From assembly GCA_963665775.2 (NCBI GenBank), contig CAXXTF010000002.1:128001-192000 (forward strand): a DNA stretch of 64,000 nt, written 5' to 3'. Below the pieces are notes generated by a model. It was not told the DNA's origin, made no database searches, and saw nothing but the letters and a program-made list of their open reading frames with translations. Positions 1-9,797 of the stretch are shown here, one piece after another. Within the stretch, counting starts at the first letter, position 1; every line of letters begins with the position of its first letter. This stretch comes from Dehalococcoidia bacterium. GTDB taxonomy: Bacteria > Chloroflexota > Dehalococcoidia > SM23-28-2 > RBG-16-64-32. A program made the translations under genes and the position numbers.

Positions 1-271
1 GCGGGTTGGGTGCGCCACCGGAAGCCGTTCCGATGCGCCGCTTGAACTCGATGAAGGTGTCTAGGGCCGTCAGGTCAACGGCCCGTCGCGACGCGTCCGA
101 AGGAGGGTTCTCCTCGACCATCTCCTCGCTGCGAGCCAAATCGGTGAGGATGAGAAAATCCCGCACCGCGCTAGTGATGTTGGCCTCGGCCTCGCCACGG
201 TCGTGCCGTAGCAGTATCTGCTCTGCGGCGTTGCGGTATTTGGGGTCGCCGATGTCGATGTGGATTGCCAA
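1..271 (-). CDS. 5' part of a PD-(D/E)XK nuclease-domain protein, possibly a type IIG restriction-modification enzyme; runs off the window
   Basis: TTG start at 271, open frame to the window edge: LAIHIDIGDPKY...RAVDLTALDTFIEFKRR (D...ExK motif). Not in the ORF track. Confidence 0.5.
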   Translation of the reverse strand, partial: MAIHIDIGDPKYRNAAEQILLRHDRGEAEANITSAVRDFLILTDLARSEEMVEENPPSDASRRAVDLTALDTFIEFKRRIGTASGGAPNP

Positions 272-317
272 AGTCGTCCCCGGTTCGCTGCGATTCTCAG
301 ATGGCGGACAGGCAGGT

Positions 318-776
318 CTATCCTTCTCCGACGACGTGGATGGAACGCTCCCATTCTCCAATACGGGCAGGGTCTAGCCGATTTATGCCCTCCAATCGGT
401 CGAAGTCCGTGTCCGCCGAGATGATGCGATTGGTTCCCAGTCGCTGCATCACCGCCGTATGCACTAGGTCATGGGCGCTGACACCGGGATGGCGGTCCGC
501 CAACTCCGACGCCGAAAGAACGTCTTCCGCATGGACGGGTTCGATCCGGCCACTCATGGCCTCTACGAAGGCCCGAAGAACCTCCCGGCCCAGCTCCCAA
601 CGCCTCGAAGCCAGGTAGCGGTGCATCATCTCCTGGAGGACCTCAGAGTTGGTTACGAGCGGCTGCGGCTCCTCGGCTGCCATCCGGAGAATCCGGGCAC
701 ACGGTTCCTAATAGGGATGGTCCCCACCGGCGGCGTAGATGCGAACGTTGGCGTCAATGAAGACCGCCGGGCTCAT
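318..776 (-). pseudogene. vapC: VapC/PIN toxin with an in-frame TAG at codon 23
   Basis: ATG at 776 gives MSPAVFIDANVRIYAAGGDHPY*EPCARIL, continuing in frame into ORF 318..683 (SAHDLVH, IISADTDFD PIN motifs). TAG at 708-710. Confidence 0.8.
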
Positions 777-1005
777 GGGCGGCCTCCAACTCGCGGGAGA
801 GGGTGTCGGGGTCTGGCGGGTCTTCTACGTTCAACCCAATCAGCCGTTCAATCGCCTGCTTGCGGCGCGTGCGCAGGATGTCCTCATAGGCTCCGTCGAT
901 TAGGCGGCGCACCACGGCGGAGATCGCCACTCCGTTCTCCTGCGCCAACTCCTCCAGTCGCCGCCGGTGTTCGATGTCCAGCCGTACGCCCAACCGATTC
1001 GTCAT
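754..1005 (-). CDS. CopG/RHH-type antitoxin
   Basis: Small protein MTNRLGVRLD...LEELAQENGVAISAVVRRLI that overlaps the vapC start. Confidence 0.75.
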   Translation of the reverse strand: MTNRLGVRLDIEHRRRLEELAQENGVAISAVVRRLIDGAYEDILRTRRKQAIERLIGLNVEDPPDPDTLSRELEAAHEPGGLH

Positions 1006-1154
1006 ATCGCCCCTCTGTGCGGTGCCATTCGTACGGAGACAATTATCCGTCACCTTGGCCCCGAAGTCAACTCAGCGCGGCTCTCGCCCAAGGCAGCCCT
1101 TGGGTGCCCATATCTGATCCACTTGGCTGTGCTGCTATCTGGAGCAAGGCGACC

Positions 1155-2261
1155 TCATCGCTCGCATACCACACCGTCATTGTCGGCGTCGTTCATGTAC
1201 TCGTATGCAGGATGTCCACGGCGAACAGGGGTAATGCCATGGTTACGCGCCTCTGCGCAGGTGATGCGGCCATTCCCATTGTCATCGTACATCTCTAGTG
1301 CGTTGCTGATCTCTTCGTCTTCTTGCTCAGGTGAGGGAGTCGCTGTCGGGGTCGGGGGAGCTTCTCGCACAATCAATTCCGTGGATGTGCAGCCTGACAA
1401 GATACTCTCCAGTACGTCGCGCTCGCGCTTATCGATTGTGAGATCGTATTGTTGGCGTACCTCGACTACGCGGCTTGCGAACCAACAGCGATTCAGGTCG
1501 GGGAGCCATTCAGTTGCGTCCTTACCGCTCTTCTGCGAGCGATTAACCGCAGGACTAGCCAGGGTGAGATTGATAAGGTCGGAAGCAAACTGTCGCCTCA
1601 TTGCGGTACCCGCTGCGCAGAGGCCACTGTCGTGAGCCTCGGAGCGCGCGACGATGTGCTCAATGTCAGTTTCAGAGGTGCTATCGAACCACTTACCCGT
1701 GTATGGGCCGTAGATGATGCCACCCATGCTTGCAACGATGCGTTGCTCAACAGACTGCGAATAAGGGTAGTCGTCAGAGTCGTACGGCGAACAGCGATCC
1801 TCTGGGGCGACTACAAGCCCACGCCAGACATCCGGGCCGACTGTGGTCTCTGGCGTAGTAGTCGGGGGGCTCGAGCCGATAGGCGGACAGTCAGCCGGCA
1901 GGTTCACCGGCAGCGCCACCACATGTCGCAGGATCGCGAGGGCGTCCACGGCGTCCGCGTCCCCATCGCAATCAATATCGCCCTTGGTTGGAGTCGGGGG
2001 GCTCGAGCCGATAGGCGGACAGTCAGCCGGCAGGTTCACCGGCAGCGCCACCACATGTCGCAGGATCGCGAGGGCGTCCACGGCGTCCGCGTCCCCATCG
2101 CAATCAACATCGCCCTTGGTGTGTACAGACAGGGCGATGCTGTCTGTAGCCTCTGTTAGGGGCGTTGGGGTCGATGTCGCGACAGGGGGCGAGCCTATGG
2201 CTGCCGACACCCCAATGAGAACAATACCACCAACAATTCCTATAATCCATTTTGTACGCAT
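1155..2261 (-). CDS. Secreted protein: two dockerin-like repeats, DUF1524/HNH-type nuclease and Excalibur Ca-binding domain
   Basis: Signal peptide MRTKWIIG...; GDxDCDGDADAVDALAILR twice; DIEHIVARSEAHDSG...NRSQKS; C-terminal ITCAEAR...YMNDADNDGVVCE. Confidence 0.8.
   Translation of the reverse strand: MRTKWIIGIVGGIVLIGVSAAIGSPPVATSTPTPLTEATDSIALSVHTKGDVDCDGDADAVDALAILRHVVALPVNLPADCPPIGSSPPTPTKGDIDCDGDADAVDALAILRHVVALPVNLPADCPPIGSSPPTTTPETTVGPDVWRGLVVAPEDRCSPYDSDDYPYSQSVEQRIVASMGGIIYGPYTGKWFDSTSETDIEHIVARSEAHDSGLCAAGTAMRRQFASDLINLTLASPAVNRSQKSGKDATEWLPDLNRCWFASRVVEVRQQYDLTIDKRERDVLESILSGCTSTELIVREAPPTPTATPSPEQEDEEISNALEMYDDNGNGRITCAEARNHGITPVRRGHPAYEYMNDADNDGVVCER
1861..2120. repeat. Tandem duplication (132-bp period) encoding the dockerin-like module
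   Basis: 1861-1988 and 1993-2120 are identical except for one base. Confidence 0.9.
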
Positions 2262-2438
2262 CTTCAAAGGAACCCCCTTGTGGCAAAGGATCGGCAAACT
2301 CTACCACAAGCTGACCGGGTCCCGCTCTCGCCTCAAGGGGACATGATGCCGCCCCTAAGAGGCAAGAACCCGTCTGATGCTCTGGTAGAGTGTCTAGACC
2401 CTAGCAGATGCGCTATGATTAGTCAACATACATACGTA

Positions 2439-3889
2439 TGTCGATGTGCAATGATTCTGTTCAGATAGGTAACTGGTCAGTGAGAATGTCAGTCTATGAG
2501 AGGACTGACGTTGACCCCCAGAGAGCAATCGCGACTCCAGGTGTTGCACGGCGTGATGGAGCGGGAGGGGTCGGTGGCTTTGGCGGCCGGGCTGATGGGT
2601 GTGAGCGAGCGCCACGCGTGGCGACTGCTGGCGACGTATCGAAAGGAGGGAGCAGCCGGCGTGGCTCACGGAAACCGGGGCAGAAGGCCGTCGACCGCCA
2701 CAAGCCCCCAGATGCAGGAGCAGGTGCTGGCCCTGGCCGCGGGCCGCTACGCCGGCTTCAACCACGCGCATTTGACCGAGATGCTGGCGCAGCGGGAGGG
2801 CGTCCGCCTGTCCCGCTCCACCGTGCGGCGGATCCTGCTGGCCGGGGGCGTCCGCAGTCCCCGCCGCCGCCGAGCGCGCAAGCGCTATCTGCGCCGGGAG
2901 CGCTACCCCCGGGAGGGCATGCTGCTGCAGATTGATGGGAGCCGGCACGACTGGCTGGAGGGTCGCGGACCCCGCCTGACGCTCATCGGGGCCGTGGACG
3001 ACGCCACCGGGACGGTCCCCTTCGCCTTGTTCCGCGAGCAGGAGGACGCCCACGGCTACTTGCTCATGCTCAAGGAGATCATCGGCCGCCGCGGCGTGCC
3101 GCTGGCGCTCTACAGCGACCGGCATAGCATCTTCCAGCGCTCGCCCCGGGAGCCCGAGAGCTTGGCCGAGCAGCTGCGGGGCCGGCGCGACCCCACGCAG
3201 TTCGCCCGGGCCCTCGGTGAGCTGGGCATCGAGCTCATCCTGGCCCATACGCCCCAGGCCAAAGGCCGAGTGGAGCGCGCCTGGGACACTTTCCAGGACC
3301 GCCTGGTCTCCGAGATGCGCCTCGCGGGCGCGGCGACCATCGAGGAAGCCAACGGGATCCTCGGGGACTTCCTGACCCGATACGATCAGCAGTTCGGCGT
3401 GGCGCCGGCTCAGCCGGGACCGGCCTATCGCCCACTGCCGCCGGGCGTCTCCCTTGATGCGGTCCTCTGCTTCAAGTACCGGCGCACCGTGGCCAACGAC
3501 AACACCGTCCACTTCAACGGCGCCGCGCTGCAGGTGCTCCCCGATGGCCTCCGGGCCAGCTACGCCCGGGCCCGCGTAGAAGTCCACGAGCGGCTGGACG
3601 GCAGCATCGTGGTCCTCCACCAGGGCAGGACCGTCGCCACGGAGCCGGCCCCCGCCGGGCCGGTCGTGCTCAGGGCCCGCAACGGGCGGCGCTCCAACGG
3701 GCAACGACCGACCGCCTCGCCGGCTTGCCCGGCCAGCGACGGTCATGGCGCACCGACAACCGCTCCCCGCCCTCTGGCGAAGACCCATGCCCCGACCACC
3801 ACCAAGCCAGCGCCCCATCACCCCTGAAGAAGAGCGCTACTGACATAGTCATTGAACAACTACCCTGACAGAATCGCTGGACAACGACA
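2439..3889 (+). mobile_element. IS1202/IS481-like insertion sequence
   Basis: Imperfect ~50-bp terminal IRs TGTCGATGTGCAATGATTCTGT... and ...ACAGAATCGCTGGACAACGACA around a DDE transposase; no target duplication visible. Confidence 0.85.
2496..3827 (+). CDS. DDE transposase (HTH + rve core)
   Basis: LLQIDGSRHDW, AVDDATG, LYSDRHSIF, PQAKGRVER. The stop falls in HHP-TGA-RR, probably a W-to-stop change near the C-terminus. Confidence 0.9.
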   Translation: MRGLTLTPREQSRLQVLHGVMEREGSVALAAGLMGVSERHAWRLLATYRKEGAAGVAHGNRGRRPSTATSPQMQEQVLALAAGRYAGFNHAHLTEMLAQREGVRLSRSTVRRILLAGGVRSPRRRRARKRYLRRERYPREGMLLQIDGSRHDWLEGRGPRLTLIGAVDDATGTVPFALFREQEDAHGYLLMLKEIIGRRGVPLALYSDRHSIFQRSPREPESLAEQLRGRRDPTQFARALGELGIELILAHTPQAKGRVERAWDTFQDRLVSEMRLAGAATIEEANGILGDFLTRYDQQFGVAPAQPGPAYRPLPPGVSLDAVLCFKYRRTVANDNTVHFNGAALQVLPDGLRASYARARVEVHERLDGSIVVLHQGRTVATEPAPAGPVVLRARNGRRSNGQRPTASPACPASDGHGAPTTAPRPLAKTHAPTTTKPAPHHP

Positions 3890-4007
3890 GTCTGGTGGAC
3901 CTAAGTGTACTGTAAAGGTATGGAGAAACAGGTGAAGGAAATTAGTTCGCGAACCTAACTGGCCTGCTATCATGTCGGGAAACTCTCAAGAACACTGAGG
4001 TCTCAGA

Positions 4008-5156
4008 TTGTCCAGATACGCATCATCTTCGAGGAAACTAAACCCATACGCAAATCTTGTCGTGGCGGCGATGGTCTCTGCGGTCCTGTTTCTTATCGTT
4101 GCTTCGTGTGGCGGGTCTGAAGTAGAGGTGTTCCGCATAGGAGCGGTCCACCCCTTGACCGGTGACGGCGCCGCTTATGGACTCCCCGTGCAGCGCGTCA
4201 TAGAGCGGGCGGTGAGCGATATCAACGAAGAGTGGGCAGATCAAGACAAGAGATTGGAGGTTGTCTTTGAGGATGGGAAGTGCAACTCCGACGATGCCCT
4301 TGCCGCAGCGCGCAAACTGGTAGAAGAGGACGACGTAAGGGTCATATACGGCGGCACATGCTCCGACGAAACTCTCGGCATGGCGGCTTACGCCGAGGAG
4401 AACCGTGTGCTGTTGCTCAGTCCACTCTCCGGCAGCGACGCGATATCCGTCGCCGGCGACTACGTCTTCAGGAACTATCCCTCCAACTCCGCCCAAGTGG
4501 ACGCCATGATCGCATTCCTGCAACCGAGGGGCTACCGGAAGTTTGCTCTACTGACGACAAAAACGGAATACGCCCAGGACCTGCGCCGCTCGTATCTGGA
4601 GGACCTACCGGGTATCGGAGGAGAGATAGTGGCCGACGAGGTGGTAGCGGACGACGCCACGAACGTCGATGCCGAGGCCGGGAGAATAGCAGCCGCGCTG
4701 CCCGATGCCGTCATCATCCTTCCGCAGACTATCCCGGCCGCAGGCCTATACGCAGCCGCGCTGCACAACGCCGGTGTGACTGCTCAGGGCATTGGGAACG
4801 ACGTCGCAGGCGTCCCCGAGACGATAGCCGAGTACGGAGAGTTCATGAAGGGGTACTACCTACCTGCCGGCACCTTTAAGAGCGAGGGAGAGGCCAAATT
4901 CGTCGCCTTGCAGGACGAAACGGACTGCGACGTAGGGTACTACTGTGCTACTACCTACGATGGTGTTTTCCTGCTGAGAGACGCCATCGAGCGTTGTGGA
5001 GACAAGGATACAAACTGCATAAAGGACTTCCTCTACGAGACGCAGAAGTGGGAAGGTAGGTTCTACGGGTCTATCTCCTTTGACGAAAACGGCGATATCT
5101 CTGGTTCGTTCAGGATCAATCAAGTGGAGGGTGGTGCGGCCGTACCGGCTGATTGA
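4008..5156 (+). CDS. Branched-chain amino acid ABC substrate-binding lipoprotein (LivJ/K-like)
   Basis: Lipobox VASC; IGAVHPLTG, EDGKC, GGTCS, YVFRNYP, GSISFDENGD. Confidence 0.9.
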   Translation: MSRYASSSRKLNPYANLVVAAMVSAVLFLIVASCGGSEVEVFRIGAVHPLTGDGAAYGLPVQRVIERAVSDINEEWADQDKRLEVVFEDGKCNSDDALAAARKLVEEDDVRVIYGGTCSDETLGMAAYAEENRVLLLSPLSGSDAISVAGDYVFRNYPSNSAQVDAMIAFLQPRGYRKFALLTTKTEYAQDLRRSYLEDLPGIGGEIVADEVVADDATNVDAEAGRIAAALPDAVIILPQTIPAAGLYAAALHNAGVTAQGIGNDVAGVPETIAEYGEFMKGYYLPAGTFKSEGEAKFVALQDETDCDVGYYCATTYDGVFLLRDAIERCGDKDTNCIKDFLYETQKWEGRFYGSISFDENGDISGSFRINQVEGGAAVPAD

Positions 5157-5557
5157 CGACGTGTGCGTCACCGCCTCCTGGGCGACCCGGACGGGCTAAT
5201 GGGAGAACAGACTTCGCCAATCCCCGGCCCGCAATGTTACCTATGGGGCCATAATCCCTAACCCTGACTGAACCGGGCCTGGAGATCCTCCATTACGATC
5301 GAGACTCGACGTAACTTTCTAAGTATACTCGAAGTTTTCGTAGGCGTCAGATACGTGACGAGTGCCATCAGGAGTTCCCGCTCAGCTGCCCCATAAGAGG
5401 CTGACCAGTTCCTCCAAGGTCCCCACGCCCTGCATCTGAGAATGAGGCGGGCAGTATACGCAACTTCCGCGATCCGCTGGGGTAACCATCACCCAGCATC
5501 TTTCACGGGGACTCGTTTCTGTCAATGTCGGTCCCGGCGCTAGCACCGAGGTACCCT

Positions 5558-6040
5558 GAGAAGGTGTGTAAACGGTCAGGCGGTGTACCCTCTCTCTGAA
5601 CAAGACGGGCTCAAGGCCCAAGAGAGGAGATACACCGCCGATGGGAAAGAGAAGCACTGGGAGCAGGTCGGAGTCAAGGCCGGAGTGGGAGCAGTAGGAG
5701 GATTGGGTGCGAGGCCAACTCCAGAGGCTGATCCAAGAGCTGCTGGAGGAAGAGATGACGGAATTCCTGGGAAGGGCCAGGTCGGCCCGCAGGTCTGACA
5801 GGGACAACGACGCTGGCTACCAGAACGGATACGCACCGCCCCGAAAGCTGACGCTGAGTTCGGGAACGATACAGCTGAGGAGGCCACGAGTCCGCAACAC
5901 CGAAGAGGAGTTCGAGAGCCGGCTGCTGCCGCTGTTCGTCAACAGGACCAGGAAGGTTGCTGAACTGATCTCCGAGTTGTACCTGCATGGCCTTTCCGAA
6001 GGTGACTTCGACCTGGCGGTGCGGGGACTGCTGGGAGCAG
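5558..6040 (+). mobile_element. IS256-family 5' fragment (pseudogene)
   Basis: ATG at 5641, in-frame TAG at 5695-5697, then LLEEEMTEFLGR...YQNGY...RRPRVR...ELYLHGLSEGDF; truncated at ~6040. Confidence 0.8.
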
Positions 6041-6415
6041 CCGGAGACGGCACCGGCGACAGAGACCCCGAGCGTGGCCAAGAGCCTCCACGAGGCGCGG
6101 CGGCTCAGGCAGGCGGGGGACGTGGACGGGGCGCTGGCGGTCCTCGCCGGCACGGACACAAAGAAGGCTGAGCCGCACCAGGCTCGGTGGGCCTTCTCCG
6201 AGTGGACGGACCTGGTCAAGCGGCGGTTCGGGGACCGGGACGTCCTGGTCTACAGCCAGGGCGCGGGACAGGCCGCAGCCCTGGTGCCCACCGGAAACGG
6301 CGGGACGCTGGAGGTCGCGGCGGTCCTGGGGATGCGCTGGCCGCCCGGCAAGGTCGTCTCGGAGCGCAGCCTCCGGGGGCTGAGGCCCTTGGCGAAGGCT
6401 TGCCCTCGGGCCTGA
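6040..6415 (+). pseudogene. 3' part of a hypothetical protein fused to the IS256 stub
   Basis: Protein-like frame EQPETAPA...RGLRPLAKACPRA with no own start. Confidence 0.45.
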
Positions 6416-6751
6416 CCGGAGAGTGGTCCTGCGCTGGCGTAGCCCAAGCAACGGTTGACGACTCGTGAGGCAAACGGGGCGCTTCAGTGCCCTGCTTGGT
6501 CCCTGCGGCGCCGCCTTCTTGCGACTGCTTGCACCCGCGCTCCGTTCCGCCAGGCAGCACCCGGCACGAGGGTCACTGCCTCCTCCGCCCGCTCCTCTGC
6601 GGGCTTCCATCCCTCTTCCCCCAACCCCACACGCATCGCACAGGTCTTCTCCCCGGCTCCGGCCAGGGGTGGGACCTGTGCCCGATGCACGACGGAGCCT
6701 GCCCCGGACTTGATTCCGGGATGCCGCACCGGCCATTCGCCACGGCAACAA

Positions 6752-6823
6752 CGCCCCCTTGTCGGAGACAGTCCCGACCATCGGGACACGGATTCGAGCG
6801 GGACTGTCTCCGACAAGGGGGCG
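6752..6823. repeat. Perfect 25-bp inverted repeat with a 22-nt spacer
   Basis: CGCCCCCTTGTCGGAGACAGTCCCG (6752-6776) and its exact reverse complement (6799-6823). Confidence 0.95.
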
Positions 6824-6858
6824 GTCCCGCTTCTTCATTACAGCAACTGTCTTGAGAG

Positions 6859-7822
<964 letters not shown>

Positions 7823-7839
7823 GAGCACCTCCTGCGAAT

Positions 7840-8000
7840 TACTGGCCCGTCCTTGCGAGATGCGGGCTTGGTTGGCCCAGGCAACTGTTCGGGCTCCATT
7901 CGGGATGGGCGCGGCGACCCTCGCTGTAATGCGGTCTTCCAAGACCAGGGAGGAAACGGTCTGCCGCGCCCCGATCCGACTTTGAAGTGATTGTCCCATA
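7840..8000 (-). ncRNA. Predicted bridge RNA (target-binding loop 7907-7971, donor-binding loop 7845-7894)
   Basis: Two stems with internal loops whose strands match the target flanks and the IS ends. Transcript boundaries are approximate. Confidence 0.85.
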
Positions 8001-8029
8001 CCAAAACCAAGATACAAGGAGGAAGCGAC

Positions 8030-9145
8030 ATGACGACTACGAGCATTGACAGGCACGTCCCCGCACCAGGCAATGGACAGGCTCCGGAGATAGGGGCCGA
8101 GGCGGTTGGATCCGGATCGAGCACAGACAAGCCCGAAACCGAGCTCAGGGCTGCGGCGAGAAGACGCGGGCTCACGATGAAGGAGCTTGCGGCCATGATG
8201 GGCGTGTCCGCGGGATACCTGTCGCAGATTGCGAACGGGCGCCGTCCGTGGACTCCGAAGATGCGGGAGAAGGCCGTGGCGGTGCTGGGAGAGGTCCCCG
8301 GGCAGGGGATCGTCTACCGCCAGGGCGGCGTGGTTACCGGGGAGAGCAGCTTCATCAGGGAGCGCGCCCGCACGATGGGCATGACCATGCAGGACCTGGC
8401 CGACCGCGTTGGGGTGTCCTACAGCTACGTGACGCAGGTGGCCCGGGGCCGCCAGAGCATGGGCGTGAAGGTCCAGGCGCGGATCGAGTCGGCGTTGCAG
8501 GCCCCGGCGAAGGTTGCGCCCGCGCAGTGCGCCAACCGCCAGGGATGCGTGGTGAGCGGCGAGAGCAGCTACATCAGGGAGCGGGCCAGGGAGCTGGGCC
8601 TGAGCCTGCGGGACCTGGCTGACCGCGTGGGCGTCTCCTACAGCTACATGTCGCAGGTGGCGCGGGGTCATAGCAACATGGGCGTGAAGGTCCAGGCCAG
8701 GATGGAGTCGGCGCTGGAGGCCCCGGTGAAGGTCGCGCCCGCGCAGCCTGCCTGCATCGACCGCGAGGCCGTGTGGGACCGGATGAACGCCCACGGTTTC
8801 AGCCAGAACGAGGTTGCACGGCGCGCCGGCATCAGCTCCGCTAACCTCTCCCAGATAATGAACGGCAGGAACAACCCGTCGCCGGTCGTTCTCAGGAAGC
8901 TGCACGGGGTTTTGTTCCAGCCGACGAAGGCGGAGCGGGTCATGCCCGCGGCGCCGGTGGGCCTGGGCGCGGCGCCAGATCCGGCAGGGGGCGCCGTAAG
9001 GGTCGGTGGCCATGTGCCCTGGGGCGCGAAAGCCGAATTCGCGTACCGTGCGGGGTATGACGGCACGGGCCGGGTGTCGGTGACCCACGTCGTCGAGAGG
9101 GGCTACTCCGCCATGTTGAAGCAACGGGAGCCGGTTGCGGCCTGA
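8030..9145 (+). CDS. Regulator with four tandem XRE-type HTH domains
   Basis: AGGAGG RBS before ATG 8030; four G(L/M/F)(T/S)xxE/DLA..GVS..Y/NLSQ-type motifs. Confidence 0.85.
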   Translation: MTTTSIDRHVPAPGNGQAPEIGAEAVGSGSSTDKPETELRAAARRRGLTMKELAAMMGVSAGYLSQIANGRRPWTPKMREKAVAVLGEVPGQGIVYRQGGVVTGESSFIRERARTMGMTMQDLADRVGVSYSYVTQVARGRQSMGVKVQARIESALQAPAKVAPAQCANRQGCVVSGESSYIRERARELGLSLRDLADRVGVSYSYMSQVARGHSNMGVKVQARMESALEAPVKVAPAQPACIDREAVWDRMNAHGFSQNEVARRAGISSANLSQIMNGRNNPSPVVLRKLHGVLFQPTKAERVMPAAPVGLGAAPDPAGGAVRVGGHVPWGAKAEFAYRAGYDGTGRVSVTHVVERGYSAMLKQREPVAA

Positions 9146-9360
9146 GGGCGGATATTGGGGCAACGGAGCCGACAGCCTGCCCCTACTGGACACGGGCGGT
9201 ATCGGAGACTTCGCCGTGTCCGCCATCGCCGGCCTGACCAAGGCGCGAGATACGAGGTGCGCATGGCCGTCACCAGCAGCCAGGGCCGAGGTCCTTGCTC
9301 TGGAACCAAAGACCGCCACGGTAACCCGGCGAGTAGGCCCCAGATTCCCCGGCGAACCTC

Positions 9361-9390
9361 TTGACAACGGCGATTCTCATATTATATATT
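9361..9390 (+). promoter_or_regulatory. Candidate sigma70 promoter
   Basis: TTGACA-18 nt-TATATT upstream of the cadherin-domain gene. Confidence 0.5.
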
Positions 9391-9797
9391 CGTCCCTAGC
9401 GTAAACTGTATAAGGAGCATCGTAGTGTCACGCGGCCTTCACGAGAAGGTGCAGGGCGCGACGTGATGTACCTGCTTGATAGCACTGGATTGGGACGGAA
9501 TGAACAGAGTCCAGCAAAGGAAGGTATAAGTAAGCAATGAGACATGAGTCCGCCGCTTCCGGCCACGCCCACGAAGGTTCCGTTACTCCGCCGCGCATGA
9601 CTGCGCGCATCTCACTCCCCCCCCGCCCCGCCACATATAGTAGTGCGCAACCGGTTCAGCCACTAGGAGGCCTTCTCCGAAGCGTCCTGGCAAGGGCTGG
9701 TTCACCGCAGGCCCTCCCCCCCTAACTCCAACAACCCCCCTTCCAACCGTTCTTCCTCTTCCCTCCCGATAAGCGCGAGCCGCGCTCTCGAGGCGGC

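Noticed and set aside
2421-3921. dif/Xer-like half-sites near the IS1202-like element (AGTCAACATAC on the left, GGTGGACCTAA on the right)
   Set aside because: Each is only a partial single-arm match; there is no complete 11-6-11 site and no target duplication.
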